Made by a program: the position numbers and the translations under genes. The notes beneath the pieces are model-generated. The model ran no database searches, had not been told where the DNA came from, and saw only the letters and a list, made by a program, of their open reading frames with translations. DNA of 32,000 bases from Crocosphaera subtropica ATCC 51142 (lineage in GTDB: Bacteria; Cyanobacteriota; Cyanobacteriia; Cyanobacteriales; Microcystaceae): positions 180,001-212,000 of the forward strand of contig NC_010546.1 in the NCBI RefSeq assembly GCF_000017845.1, given 5' to 3'. How positions within the stretch are numbered: the first letter of the stretch is position 1; the number at the start of each line of letters is the position of its first letter. Shown here piece by piece: positions 1 to 10,170 of the stretch.

Positions 1-1167
1 TCTAGAGCGGTTGCTGTCAATGCCCCGGCAGTAGATGGTTTAAGTGCAACGGGAGGGCTAGAATTTCAATTACAAAATCGTGGCGGTTTGCCGATGGATA
101 CCATGATTACCGTAGCCCAAAAATACATGGAAGCGTTGAATCAACGGAAAGAACTGCAAAATATCTTTACTCAATTTACGTTTGATACCGATCAACAGGA
201 AATTTCTTTAGATCGAGACAAAATTAATGCGTTGAATATCGACGTTGGGGAAGTCTTACAAACCCTACAAACCTATATTGGCTCAAACTATATCAATGAT
301 TTTGTGTTTAGTAACCGTCAATATCGGGTCTATGCTCAAGTTGCTCCCGAACATCGTGCTAATCCCTCAGACATTAGCCGTTTTTACGTTAAATCCCGTA
401 ATGGTAGCCTAATTCAGTTAAGTAACGTAGTGGCGATACAGGAGATTAATTATCCCCCTACCCTTACCCACTACAATGTCTATCCTTCGATTAAAATTCA
501 AGCAGCCCCCGCATCCGGTTATAGCTCAGGCCAAGCAATTAAGGCGATGGAAGCGGTTGCAAAAGAAACCTTACCTAATGGTTTTGGGTATGAATGGACA
601 GGAAGTGCCTTAGAAGAACTTTCAGCCGAAAATTCTACCATTCTTATCTTTGCGTTAGGATTTGTACTGGTCTTTTTGGTGTTAGCAGCCCAATATGAAA
701 GTTATATTGATCCAACGATTATTATGTTAACGGTTCCTTTATCCACCTTGGGGGCGTTGTTTGCGATTTGGTTTCGGGCAAATCTTCTCCAAGTGGGCGG
801 ATTTTGGCCGATTATCAGTAATGATATTTTTGCTCAAGTAGGGTTATTAATGTTAATTGGGATGGCTTCTAAAAATGCGATTCTCATTGTGGAAACAGCT
901 AATCAATTTCGAGATTTGGGGATGAATGTGACCAAAGCAGCAGTGGAGGCAGCTAAATCCCGATTTCGTCCCATTATGATGACTTCTTTATCAGGAATTG
1001 TGGGTTATATTCCTTTAATGACGGCCGCTGGAGCAGGAGCGTTAAGTCGTTGGTCTATTGGTACCGTTAGCTTTGGGGGATATTTAATTGCCACTATCTT
1101 AAGTTTAGCGATCGCACCGATTTTGTACATCGTCATTAAGACGTTTGAGGATAAGATCCTCAGTTGA
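1..1167 (+). CDS. Efflux RND transporter permease subunit (AcrB/HAE1-type), C-terminal ~388 aa; 5' end lies outside the window
   Basis: Frame 1 is open from nt 1, with no stop before the listed ATG at 88, so the CDS enters from the left edge. A soluble porter/docking-like segment is followed by five hydrophobic helices (FALGFVLVFLVLAAQYESYIDP, MLIGMASKNAILIVE, RFRPIMMTSLSGIVGYIPL). This is typical of the C-terminal half of AcrB-family pumps. Confidence 0.85.
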   Translation, partial: SRAVAVNAPAVDGLSATGGLEFQLQNRGGLPMDTMITVAQKYMEALNQRKELQNIFTQFTFDTDQQEISLDRDKINALNIDVGEVLQTLQTYIGSNYINDFVFSNRQYRVYAQVAPEHRANPSDISRFYVKSRNGSLIQLSNVVAIQEINYPPTLTHYNVYPSIKIQAAPASGYSSGQAIKAMEAVAKETLPNGFGYEWTGSALEELSAENSTILIFALGFVLVFLVLAAQYESYIDPTIIMLTVPLSTLGALFAIWFRANLLQVGGFWPIISNDIFAQVGLLMLIGMASKNAILIVETANQFRDLGMNVTKAAVEAAKSRFRPIMMTSLSGIVGYIPLMTAAGAGALSRWSIGTVSFGGYLIATILSLAIAPILYIVIKTFEDKILS

Positions 1168-1268
1168 TCGGCTAGTTGGCTAAGGTAGTCTCTGTCTCGT
1201 GATCCATTCTAGAGCCTGCCACAGCCATCTTTCACAGTTCTTTTTCGCTCAATAACTCGATATTTTCT

Positions 1269-2927
1269 ATGACTCAGCCAAAAATGAAACAACGATTTAA
1301 TACCTTAGTCTCTTTAGGAAGTTGGCTAATTGGGACAACGATGGTTTCTCCTGCGATCGCAGCAGAAGAAATTAAATTTTACTATAACAATCTCTCACAA
1401 ACGGTTAAAGTAGAGTCTTTAGAAGCCTTTGCTGCTGATGGAACCGTTAAACCGGATCTGAGAACTATTTTTAATCTGGTTAAGCCTGATGAAGCTGAAA
1501 AAGCTAAATTCCAAGCCATCTTGCTTAAACCCTTCCAACTTAATCCTGTCCTACTGTCTCGACTGCTCAACACCGATGAAGGCGATCGCTTATTAACGAG
1601 ACTAGGTGACTTAATAGAAATACAAGGAGGAACCAATGGCAAATCAGTCTTGCGAGGATCGATGATTCAAGCAGCAGCAAAACCGAAAGGCTTAACGATC
1701 CTTAATTTTCTGCAAACCCTACCCACCAATATGCAGATTAATGTGCGTCGAACCTTACAACAAGCCAAAAATGCCGATTTTTTAGTTAAGACAACGGGAG
1801 AACTGGTGGACACCACAGAAAGGTTATCCCAGGAAGAAAGCAAAGCTGACCCATTATCTGTTGATTTTAGCCAACTGCCTAACCCTGGAGACAAGGGTTC
1901 AGTTTCTTTTACCCGTGAACGTTGGGACTTGAGAGATGAAAATCGGGAGAGAGCCTTTTATGTGGAGGTGTATCGCCCAAAACTCCCTCCCTCTGCTAAA
2001 ATGCCTGTAATTGTCTTGTCCCATGGCTTAGGAGAACGGCCTGAAACCTATTATGAAACTGGGGAATTATTAGCTTCTCATGGGTTTTTGGTAGCGATGC
2101 CACAACATCCTGGTAGTGATACAAAACATAAACAAGCCTTGTTGGAAGGGTTGGCACGGGACATCTTTTCCTTGAATGAATTTATTGATCGCCCCTTAGA
2201 TATTAGTTATACCCTAGATGAACTGGAAAGACGTAACCAACAGGAGTTTGGGGGACAGTTAAACTTAACCAAGGTGGGAGCATTTGGCCATTCTTTTGGC
2301 GGTTATACTGCTTTAGCCGTAGCGGGGGCAACCATTGATACTAAGCACTTGGACAAGGACTGTGCTTCAGACATTGGTGGGTTCAATCAAGCTCTCCTCT
2401 TGCAGTGTCGTGCGCTAAAACTGACCCAACCCCTGCCGATGGTGAAGGATGAGCGCATTGGTGCAGTATTGGTCTATAATCCTGTCAATGCTAGTATTTT
2501 TGGCCCCCAAGGACTCGCTCAGGTTGAAGTTCCCGTCTTTGTAGGAGCAGGAAGTTATGACTTATCCACCCCTTTTATTTTTGAACAGGCAAGATCCTTT
2601 CCCTGGTTAGTAAATGCCCACCAAAGCTATCTACTCCTACAACAAGGGGATAGTCATGTCAATATTATTAAATTAGGTGCAGGAAGTTATGCCATTGCCA
2701 CCTCTTTACTCAAATTAACCTTACCCGATGAAAACTTAAGACAGTATTATGCCAGGCCTTCTATTGTGGCTTTTGCTCAAGTTTATGTCGCTAATAACCA
2801 GGAATATCTCTCTTATTTACACCCTTCTTATGACGCATATTTGAGTGAAGGGCAAGAATTTAAAGCTTTTTTAATTACGGGTAAGTCTGCTCCTATTTTA
2901 AACCAAAGTTTTCCTGGAACAAAATAA
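1269..2927 (+). CDS. Secreted alpha/beta hydrolase with an N-terminal DUF1400-like domain
   Basis: There is an N-terminal signal-like segment (LGSWLIGTTMVSPAIAA/EE). The ~150-aa N-domain resembles the cyanobacterial DUF1400 module as I recall it. The C-terminal part has the nucleophile elbow GHSFGG (GxSxG) and a HG-type motif (VLSHGLG). Confidence 0.7.
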   Translation: MTQPKMKQRFNTLVSLGSWLIGTTMVSPAIAAEEIKFYYNNLSQTVKVESLEAFAADGTVKPDLRTIFNLVKPDEAEKAKFQAILLKPFQLNPVLLSRLLNTDEGDRLLTRLGDLIEIQGGTNGKSVLRGSMIQAAAKPKGLTILNFLQTLPTNMQINVRRTLQQAKNADFLVKTTGELVDTTERLSQEESKADPLSVDFSQLPNPGDKGSVSFTRERWDLRDENRERAFYVEVYRPKLPPSAKMPVIVLSHGLGERPETYYETGELLASHGFLVAMPQHPGSDTKHKQALLEGLARDIFSLNEFIDRPLDISYTLDELERRNQQEFGGQLNLTKVGAFGHSFGGYTALAVAGATIDTKHLDKDCASDIGGFNQALLLQCRALKLTQPLPMVKDERIGAVLVYNPVNASIFGPQGLAQVEVPVFVGAGSYDLSTPFIFEQARSFPWLVNAHQSYLLLQQGDSHVNIIKLGAGSYAIATSLLKLTLPDENLRQYYARPSIVAFAQVYVANNQEYLSYLHPSYDAYLSEGQEFKAFLITGKSAPILNQSFPGTK

Positions 2928-2958
2928 CGTTGTTCAAAAAAGTTTTTACAATTTTTTG

Positions 2959-3342
2959 CTAAATCCTTTTTACAACAATTAAACCGATAAAAGTTCCAGC
3001 AAACCCCCACAATAAACTCATCAATGTATAAACGAATAATAAAAAATATTCTTGATTTCTTAATAATAAATTATTCTCCAAAGAAAAAGATGAAAATGTC
3101 GTAAATCCTCCACAAAACCCTGTCACTAATAACAGTCCCCAATAAGGATGAATGGGATATCTTTCAATTAAACCAATTATTATACCAATAACTAAACAAC
3201 CGATTAAATTAACCGTTAACGTTCCCCAAGGAAACATCGTATCAATTTGTTCATTAATAAGTAAACTTATTAAATAACGGCCACAACTACCTAAACCACC
3301 TCCTAAAAATACGATTAACCAAGACAAAAACTCCATACCCAA
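2959..3342 (-). CDS. crcB: Fluoride ion channel CrcB/FluC
   Basis: This is a 127-aa protein with four TM helices. It carries family hallmarks GGGLGSCGRY near the N-terminus and GFCGGFTTFSSF in TM3. Confidence 0.85.
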   Translation of the reverse strand: MGMEFLSWLIVFLGGGLGSCGRYLISLLINEQIDTMFPWGTLTVNLIGCLVIGIIIGLIERYPIHPYWGLLLVTGFCGGFTTFSSFSLENNLLLRNQEYFLLFVYTLMSLLWGFAGTFIGLIVVKRI

Positions 3343-3446
3343 AAACGATCAATTGTTAATTATTAATTACTTTAGTATCAATTTCTACGAAATCGGTGAC
3401 AAAAATAAGATAAGGTTAAGATAACAAGATATAGACAGCCTTATCA

Positions 3447-4406
3447 ATGCGAATTGAGCAACTACAAGCATTTTTAGCGATCGCAGACACGGGCAGTTTT
3501 GGACAGGCAGCAAGTCAGTGTGGGATCACTCAATCGACTATTAGCCGACAAATACAAGCCCTAGAAGGGAACTTAGGGGCTTTATTGTTTCACCGCTCCA
3601 CTCAGGCTAAATTGACGGTAGCAGGGGAAAAATTGTTGCCAAGGGCCAAGAAAATCTGTCAAGAATGGGCAACCGTTGGGCAAGAAATCAAAGATTTACA
3701 AGCAGGAAAACAACCAGAATTATGTGTAGCTGCCATTCATTCGGTTTGCTCCCATTTTTTGCCCCCTATCTTACAACAATTTTGTTTAGATTATCCCCAA
3801 GTCCAGTTACGAGTCACAGCCTTAGGCAGCGATCGCGCGCTAAAAGTGTTACGGGATGGTTTAGTGGATATTGCGATCGTCATGAATAATCGTTTTTTGA
3901 CCACTAGCCCAGAAATGACCGTCGATTTATTATACGAAGAAAAAATTGATGTTTTAATGGCAGTTAATCATCCTTTAACTCGCTATGATCAGGTTCCTCA
4001 TACCGAATTAAGCAACTATCCCCATGTGGTGTTTAAAGATGGGTATGGAATGCAACGATTGCTGCAAGAATGGTGCTCTATTCATAATTTAAGCATCAAT
4101 GCAGTAATGGAATTGAATACCTTAGATGCTTTTCGGGGAGTGGTTCGACAAGGAGAAATTATTGCTTTATTGCCAGAAACAGCATTACTGGAAACCAGAC
4201 AAGATAACCGTTTAGCCGTTCGTTCTTTAGCCCCCATTTGTGATAAATCTAATCAAAAATCTCCCACCCTGCTAACCCGTCAAGTGGTTTTAGTATCTAC
4301 GAGCGATCGCATTACCATTCCTCCCATTGCTCATTTTTGTCATCTTGTGCGTCAGGGAGTGACTCGCTTTAATGAACAAACCATTAGTAAATCTCTTTCG
4401 GCTTAG
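3447..4406 (+). CDS. LysR-family transcriptional regulator
   Basis: The N-terminal wHTH is MRIEQLQAFLAIADTGSFGQAASQCGITQSTISRQIQALEGNLGALLFHR, followed by a ~200-aa substrate-binding domain. The gene is divergent from crcB. The specific subfamily was not recognised. Confidence 0.85.
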   Translation: MRIEQLQAFLAIADTGSFGQAASQCGITQSTISRQIQALEGNLGALLFHRSTQAKLTVAGEKLLPRAKKICQEWATVGQEIKDLQAGKQPELCVAAIHSVCSHFLPPILQQFCLDYPQVQLRVTALGSDRALKVLRDGLVDIAIVMNNRFLTTSPEMTVDLLYEEKIDVLMAVNHPLTRYDQVPHTELSNYPHVVFKDGYGMQRLLQEWCSIHNLSINAVMELNTLDAFRGVVRQGEIIALLPETALLETRQDNRLAVRSLAPICDKSNQKSPTLLTRQVVLVSTSDRITIPPIAHFCHLVRQGVTRFNEQTISKSLSA

Positions 4407-4507
4407 TGGTGTAGCAGCAGTCCTCTTTTTGCATTTAAAATAGGAGAGATTGACCAAGTAAGCGATCGCATAGCAAAATTAGACTGAGAACAAACTGAAT
4501 AACATAG

Positions 4508-5584
4508 ATGACTGCAACCTTACAAGCACCTCCAAAAACCCATCGCGTTGTATTTCCCTTTACAGCTATTGTGGGCCAAGAAGAAATGAAATTGGCCTTA
4601 CTCCTCAATGTCATTGACCCGAAAATTGGCGGTGTGATGATTATGGGCGATCGTGGGACAGGAAAATCGACGACGATCCGAGCTTTAGCCGACTTACTGC
4701 CTGAAATTGAAGTGGTAGACAACGATCCCTTTAACTCTCATCCCTCTGATCCGGATTTGATGAGTGACAATGTCCGTCAAGCCTTAGAGGAACAAGGATC
4801 GTTACCCGTTGCTCACAAAAAAGTGATCATGGTTGACTTACCCCTTGGTGCAACCGAGGATAGGGTGTGTGGCACCATTGATATTGAAAAAGCTTTATCC
4901 GAAGGGGTTAAAGCATTTGAACCAGGTCTATTAGCTAAGGCAAACCGAGGGATCTTATATGTAGATGAAGTTAACCTCCTTGACGATCACTTAGTAGACG
5001 TATTATTAGACTCTGCGGCCAGTGGTTGGAATACGGTAGAAAGGGAAGGGATTTCCATTCGTCACCCGGCTAGATTTGTGTTAGTGGGGTCAGGAAACCC
5101 CGAAGAAGGAGAGTTGCGGCCGCAATTATTGGATCGTTTTGGAATGCACGCAGAGATCCATACGGTTAAAGAACCCAACTTACGAGTACAAATTGTAGAA
5201 CAACGATCAGAATTTGATCGTGATCCTCAAAAATTCTGTGAAACTTATCAATCTCAGCAAGAAGAGTTACAAAACAGTTTAGTAAAAGCGCAAAATCTAT
5301 TGCCTTCGGTTAACATCGATTATGATTTACGGGTAAAAATCTCCGAAGTTTGTTCAGAATTGGATGTGGATGGACTACGGGGGGATATTGTAACCAACCG
5401 TGCATCAAAGGCGTTAGCAGCGTTTGAAGGCCGTACAGAGGTGACGGTAGATGATATTCGACGGACAATGGTGTTATGTTTGCGTCACCGACTCAGAAAA
5501 GATCCCTTAGAAACCATTGACTCAGGTTACAAAGTAGAAAAAGCTTTTAATCGTGTTTTTGGACTAGAAACTGAGGAAAATTAG
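4508..5584 (+). CDS. chlI: Magnesium chelatase ATPase subunit I (chlorophyll biosynthesis)
   Basis: The N-terminus is highly characteristic: [41 protein letters not shown] (Walker A). Walker B is [16 protein letters not shown], the arginine finger region is PQLLDRFG, and the length is 358 aa. Confidence 0.95.
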   Translation: MTATLQAPPKTHRVVFPFTAIVGQEEMKLALLLNVIDPKIGGVMIMGDRGTGKSTTIRALADLLPEIEVVDNDPFNSHPSDPDLMSDNVRQALEEQGSLPVAHKKVIMVDLPLGATEDRVCGTIDIEKALSEGVKAFEPGLLAKANRGILYVDEVNLLDDHLVDVLLDSAASGWNTVEREGISIRHPARFVLVGSGNPEEGELRPQLLDRFGMHAEIHTVKEPNLRVQIVEQRSEFDRDPQKFCETYQSQQEELQNSLVKAQNLLPSVNIDYDLRVKISEVCSELDVDGLRGDIVTNRASKALAAFEGRTEVTVDDIRRTMVLCLRHRLRKDPLETIDSGYKVEKAFNRVFGLETEEN

Positions 5585-5598
5585 GGTAATTTATAGAT

Positions 5599-5634
5599 GT
5601 AGGATCAATTAAAATGAGTTGATCCTACTTTTTA
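5599..5634 (+). terminator. Intrinsic terminator after chlI
   Basis: A perfect 10-bp stem pairs GTAGGATCAA (5599-5608) with TTGATCCTAC (5619-5628) around a 10-nt loop. It is followed by TTTTTATT and starts 15 nt after the chlI stop. Confidence 0.6.
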
Positions 5635-5655
5635 TTATTAAGTATTTAACATATT

Positions 5656-6729
5656 TTAACTGTTTTCTTTTTCTGCTTCTAATTTTGGAGTTAAATAAAG
5701 ATTTTGTAATAATACACCGGCTCCAGCAACCCACGGAGGAAGAATTAAAGCCCCAATAATTCCTAATAGTTGAACACCACTTAAAACCGCTAATAATTGA
5801 TACAATGGAGGAACATTAACCGACGAACCCACTAACAAAGGATCAAGTACATAGGTTTCTAGATTTTGAATAATTACAAATAATAAAAGCACCCAAAGAA
5901 ACAGCCATCCCCCTTGAGCAACCGCTACAATTAAAGCAGGAATCGACCCTAAAACTGGACCAAAGAAAGGAATTAAATTCGTCATTCCGGCAATGGTTCC
6001 TAACCCTAACGCAAACTCCCCTATTCCTAAAAATTTTAAGCCTAAACTAACCGCTAAACCTAAAATAAAAGACACTAATAATCTGCCTTGAATATACCCT
6101 CCCATTCTTTGACTAACGGGTATAACTTGGTCTTTTAATTTTTGATCCCAAGGGGTAGGAAATAAGCTAACAATACCATCAATTAATTTTTGTGAACCTG
6201 ATAGCATATAACCTGATAATAGGATAGCTAAAAACACATTTAAAACGCCTCCTACAATCCCCCTTGTTAGTCCGCTTACTCCAATTAGTAACTGTTGACT
6301 AGAACGAAATGTCCAGGAAACAATGGATTGTAAATTAAATTGTCTGTTAAGAAACTCTAGGATTTCGGGTTCTGTAAATCCCTTTTCTGTCATAAAGAAT
6401 TGAATTTGTTTACCTAAAATTTCTATATATCCTGGTAATTTTTCTAGTAACCGTTGCAGTTGAGCGATAATTGTAGGTCCTAATAATAAGCCAATTCCTG
6501 TTAACAATAAAACTAGAAGTAAATAAACAAAAATCACTGAAAACCAACGGGGTAATCCCATTCGTTCTACACTGCCCACTAAAGGACTAAGGGTGGATGC
6601 AATAACAATGGCAATCATGAGAATAATAATTAATCCTTTCAGTTGCCACAATAATAATAGTAAAAAGGCAGCACCACCAATGAGAAATAAATTAGATAAA
6701 GATAGGGCTATTTTTCGTTTAGGAATCAT
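5656..6729 (-). CDS. AI-2E family transporter (PerM/UPF0118-type permease)
   Basis: This is a 357-aa polytopic membrane protein with ~8 hydrophobic helices. The C-terminal half pattern (GMTNLIPFFGPVLGSIPALIVA) is typical of the family. Its start overlaps the upstream peptidase stop by 11 nt, which suggests an operon. Confidence 0.75.
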   Translation of the reverse strand: MIPKRKIALSLSNLFLIGGAAFLLLLLWQLKGLIIILMIAIVIASTLSPLVGSVERMGLPRWFSVIFVYLLLVLLLTGIGLLLGPTIIAQLQRLLEKLPGYIEILGKQIQFFMTEKGFTEPEILEFLNRQFNLQSIVSWTFRSSQQLLIGVSGLTRGIVGGVLNVFLAILLSGYMLSGSQKLIDGIVSLFPTPWDQKLKDQVIPVSQRMGGYIQGRLLVSFILGLAVSLGLKFLGIGEFALGLGTIAGMTNLIPFFGPVLGSIPALIVAVAQGGWLFLWVLLLFVIIQNLETYVLDPLLVGSSVNVPPLYQLLAVLSGVQLLGIIGALILPPWVAGAGVLLQNLYLTPKLEAEKENS

Positions 6730-8656
6730 AATTTAAAATATTGATAGGCTCTAAATTGTCAGCAGGGGTAAAGTGAAAAATACGAGAATAAAAATAAAAT
6801 TCGCTATCTAAAGCATATTTTATATTATCAGCTTGTCTGAATCCATGTTGTTCCCCTTCAAAAGCAATATAGGCAACAGGAATTTCTTTATTTTTAAGAG
6901 ATTCTACCATCATTTCTGCTTGACTCGGAGGCACGACTTTATCCTCTAAACCTTGAAAAAATATTACAGGACAATTTAATTGATCCGTAAAATTAATCGG
7001 CGATCGCTCTTCGTAAATTTCTTTTTCTTCAGGATATTGACCAATTAATTTATCTAGGTAACGAGATTCAAATTTATGGGTATCTTTTGCCAATGATTCT
7101 AAATCACTCACTCCATAATAACTCGCTCCTGCTTTAAATGTATCATGAAACGTTAAGGCTGCTAAAGTTGTATAACCGCCAGCACTTCCCCCAGAAATAG
7201 CCAAGCGATCGCCGTCTACTTTTCCTTGTTTGACTAAATAGTTTGCCCCATTAATACAGTCATTAACATCAACTAGACCCCAATTTTTTTCTAACCGTTG
7301 ACGGTACGTTTTTCCAAATCCTGTACTTCCCCCGTAGTTAACATCTAGATAACCAAAACCTCGGCTTGTCCAATATTGAATTTTTAAGCTAAAACTAGGG
7401 GTAGCTGCTGCAGTAGGGCCTCCGTGACTTTTTACTAATAAAGGGGGTAACTCTTCATCAGGAAATGTATAATCTTTGTTCTGAGGAGGATAATACCAGC
7501 CATACGCTGTTAAGCCATTTTCTGTGGGAAACTCTATTAATTCGGGTTGAGAAAAATATCCCGAATCTACATCAATCTGACAAGCAGTTTTTAATACTTT
7601 AGTTTGACTCAAATTCAAATCTAAATGAATAACTTCTGTTGGTTCGATAGTCGATGAACCAAGGAATACAACCTCTTTACCATGACTATCAAGAGAAGCC
7701 ACATTACTGTAAGGAAGCTCTAAAATACTGAACTGTCGATTGGGGATATTTAAACTGCCTAAATACCAACGTCCGTCTTGAGTAAAACCGCAGATAATTT
7801 TCTGTTTTGAGACAAACGTGTAAGTCGATAATCCAAACACCCAATGAGGATAAGAAAATTCAGCCGTAAAAGGGAATATAGGTACGTTATTTACATTAGC
7901 TTTATAACAATAAAGATTCGACCAACCGGATTGATCGCTGACATAATATAACTGACCATCTGGGGCCCACTTCGGTTCACTAATAGACTCATCTATATCC
8001 CCTGCAATCCATTTTATCTCCTTTAAAGAGCCATCACTTTCGATATTTCCTAACCATAATTTTGTGCCATCCCAAGGCATATTAGGGTGGTTCCAACTAA
8101 TCCAAGCGAGTTGTGTTCCATCAGGACTTAAACGAGGAGAGGAATAAAAATCATCTCCTTCTATTAAGGTTGTTATGTCTCCTGTCTTAATATCAATAGC
8201 AACAATTTTATTTTCACATTCCCTATCAGTCTGACTATGATCTTCACACACACTAATTAAGCGATTATAGTTAGGATCTAGAACAAAATCGGCATAACGA
8301 CATTGATTTTCAGAGGTTAAAGGTTTGGGTGCTTCATTGGGTAACTGTTGATAAAGACGTTGATCTTGATAATTAATAAAATAAACAACACCATTCTTAA
8401 CTAAAAAAGACCCTCCCCCATATTCATGAACCCGACTACGAACATTAAAAGGTTGAGGGGTGATTTCAGTCATTTGACCATCAGGACTGTATTTAACCAA
8501 TACATTACGTCCTTTTTCTTGGGGTCTTCCTTCTAACCAGTAAATATTATCATTATCAAAAACAACAGTCCCTAATTTAATACTTTGGGCAACAATTAAA
8601 TCAGATGTGATCGGCGATTTCCAAGAACCAAAGGGAGCTATTATAGGAGATAACAT
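6719..8656 (-). CDS. S9 family serine peptidase (prolyl oligopeptidase / acylaminoacyl-peptidase type) with an N-terminal beta-propeller
   Basis: The C-terminal alpha/beta hydrolase domain has the nucleophile motif GGSAGGY, an acidic LEDKVVP region and a GEQHGF His motif. The N-terminal ~400 aa has repeated SPDG/APDG propeller-like blades. Confidence 0.8.
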   Translation of the reverse strand: MLSPIIAPFGSWKSPITSDLIVAQSIKLGTVVFDNDNIYWLEGRPQEKGRNVLVKYSPDGQMTEITPQPFNVRSRVHEYGGGSFLVKNGVVYFINYQDQRLYQQLPNEAPKPLTSENQCRYADFVLDPNYNRLISVCEDHSQTDRECENKIVAIDIKTGDITTLIEGDDFYSSPRLSPDGTQLAWISWNHPNMPWDGTKLWLGNIESDGSLKEIKWIAGDIDESISEPKWAPDGQLYYVSDQSGWSNLYCYKANVNNVPIFPFTAEFSYPHWVFGLSTYTFVSKQKIICGFTQDGRWYLGSLNIPNRQFSILELPYSNVASLDSHGKEVVFLGSSTIEPTEVIHLDLNLSQTKVLKTACQIDVDSGYFSQPELIEFPTENGLTAYGWYYPPQNKDYTFPDEELPPLLVKSHGGPTAAATPSFSLKIQYWTSRGFGYLDVNYGGSTGFGKTYRQRLEKNWGLVDVNDCINGANYLVKQGKVDGDRLAISGGSAGGYTTLAALTFHDTFKAGASYYGVSDLESLAKDTHKFESRYLDKLIGQYPEEKEIYEERSPINFTDQLNCPVIFFQGLEDKVVPPSQAEMMVESLKNKEIPVAYIAFEGEQHGFRQADNIKYALDSEFYFYSRIFHFTPADNLEPINILNYDS

Positions 8657-8731
8657 AATAAGTATTCTAGGAGTTAGGATTTACATACTGTACCTTAGTC
8701 TAAGATTTTTTTGCTTTTTTTACCACCAATT

Positions 8732-8758
8732 AAGGGGGCATTTGGCCCCCCTTTTTTT
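8732..8758 (+). terminator. Orphan plus-strand intrinsic-terminator-like hairpin between two minus-strand genes
   Basis: The sequence is aaGGGGGC-atttg-GCCCCCc followed by TTTTTTT (8752-8758). The stem pairs 8734-8739 with 8745-8750. The U-tract exists only on the plus strand, and on the minus strand the hairpin is followed by ttaattggtgg. Confidence 0.45.
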
Positions 8759-8902
8759 AGGGTTGCTCTGCGGTATCCTTAATTTCCAAGTTAAACGGGT
8801 CAAACGCCTCGTTATACAATTGATAATTAGGGTTTGCTGATGAAAAAGTTTCTACGAAATTTATGTGGCCAAAAAAGGAACTCTATCTGGGTCTTGATAA
8901 TT

Positions 8903-10081
8903 TTACTTAGCAATGACTAATTGTGGCATCAAACGATTTAAAACTTGTTTTAACACCATTGCTGTCCAGTCAATATCTTCTCGGGTGGTATTCTGTCCCA
9001 AGGTTAACCGAATCCCTTTTATGGCTTCTTTTTCAGAGTAACCCATCGCTAATAGAATAGGACTGGGACTTAATTTACCACTATGACAAGCAGAACCAGC
9101 ACTAATGGCAATGCCGGCTAAGTTCATTTGACGAACGATCATTTTACCAGTAATTTTTTCTGTTTCACTGGTTTGAAAAGGATCGTTAATCACAAAACTA
9201 ACATGATGAGGAAGACGATATAATCTATCCCCTGTGGGAATCACATAAGGACAATCAGCCATTAAATCAAACAAGCGATCCCGTAATCCTATCAAGCGAG
9301 AACTTTCAGTTGCCATTTCTCTTACTGCTAATTCGGCCGCCAGTCCAAATCCGCCAATAATCCCTACTGATTGGGTTCCTGAGCGTTTTTTTCCTTCTTG
9401 GCCGCCTCCCAAGAGTAAGGGATCGATGTCTACCCCTGGACGTACATATAATGCCCCTGCCCCTTGAATTCCGTAGATTTTATGTGAGGAAATAGATAAT
9501 AAGTCAATGGGAAGCCGTTGCACATCAATGGACAGTCTACCTGCGCTTTGCACTGCGTCAGTATGGAAGAGAATGGCATGATCGTGAGCAATGTTGCTTA
9601 ATTCTTCAATCGGTTGTACCGTTCCTATTTCGCTTTGGCCATAAATAATGGAAATCAGCACTGTATTAGATTGAATAGCAGCTTTTAAGTCCCAAGGATT
9701 AATTCTGCCTTGACCATTGACAGCTAAACGAGTGACTTCCCATCCTTGTGCTTCTAAACAAGCCACTGGTTCACTAATAGCCGGATGTTCGATACTAGAA
9801 ATAATTAAATGTTGGGGTGTACTATACTGTCTAGCGATTCCTAAAATAGCCAAGTTGTCTGCTTCTGTTCCCCCTGACGTAAAAATAATTGACTCAGGTT
9901 CCCTAGCATTGACAAGGGAGGCAACTTGTACCCTGGCAGTTTCTATGACCATGGCAGCCCGTTGTCCCCATTGATGCAGACTAGAAGGGTTACCCCATTC
10001 CTCTGTCAAAAGTTGACTAACATAAGCAACTACCTCTGAACGAGGGGGAGTTGTAGCACTATGATCTAAATAAATTTGCAT
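8903..10081 (-). CDS. Cysteine desulfurase, NifS/IscS-like (class V aminotransferase fold)
   Basis: The N-terminus IYLDHSATTP is typical. The PLP-lysine motif is SISSHKIYG, the active-site loop is SAGSACHSG, and the length is 392 aa. Confidence 0.85.
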   Translation of the reverse strand: MQIYLDHSATTPPRSEVVAYVSQLLTEEWGNPSSLHQWGQRAAMVIETARVQVASLVNAREPESIIFTSGGTEADNLAILGIARQYSTPQHLIISSIEHPAISEPVACLEAQGWEVTRLAVNGQGRINPWDLKAAIQSNTVLISIIYGQSEIGTVQPIEELSNIAHDHAILFHTDAVQSAGRLSIDVQRLPIDLLSISSHKIYGIQGAGALYVRPGVDIDPLLLGGGQEGKKRSGTQSVGIIGGFGLAAELAVREMATESSRLIGLRDRLFDLMADCPYVIPTGDRLYRLPHHVSFVINDPFQTSETEKITGKMIVRQMNLAGIAISAGSACHSGKLSPSPILLAMGYSEKEAIKGIRLTLGQNTTREDIDWTAMVLKQVLNRLMPQLVIAK

Positions 10082-10170
10082 TATGATATAAAAAGAACGT
10101 TCTGGTCAGGAAGTAGCTAATCTTAGGCAACAAGTGGACAAGATAAAAATAGATAATCTAGTAGTCTATT

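Noticed and set aside
3343-3446. Possible fluoride (crcB-motif) riboswitch upstream of crcB on the minus strand
   Set aside because: I read the reverse complement of the 104-bp crcB-LysR spacer. I could not find the conserved GGnGAUGG...CCGCC...CUGAUGA-type core or a pseudoknot-compatible arrangement. The region is very AT-rich and looks like a plain divergent promoter region. A covariance-model scan (Rfam RF01734) would settle it.
3382-8860. Exact 12-mer TTTCTACGAAAT shared by the crcB-LysR spacer (3382-3393) and the region downstream of the desulfurase gene (8849-8860)
   Set aside because: For a 32-kb AT-rich window, tens of 12-mer coincidences are expected, and the similarity does not extend on either side.
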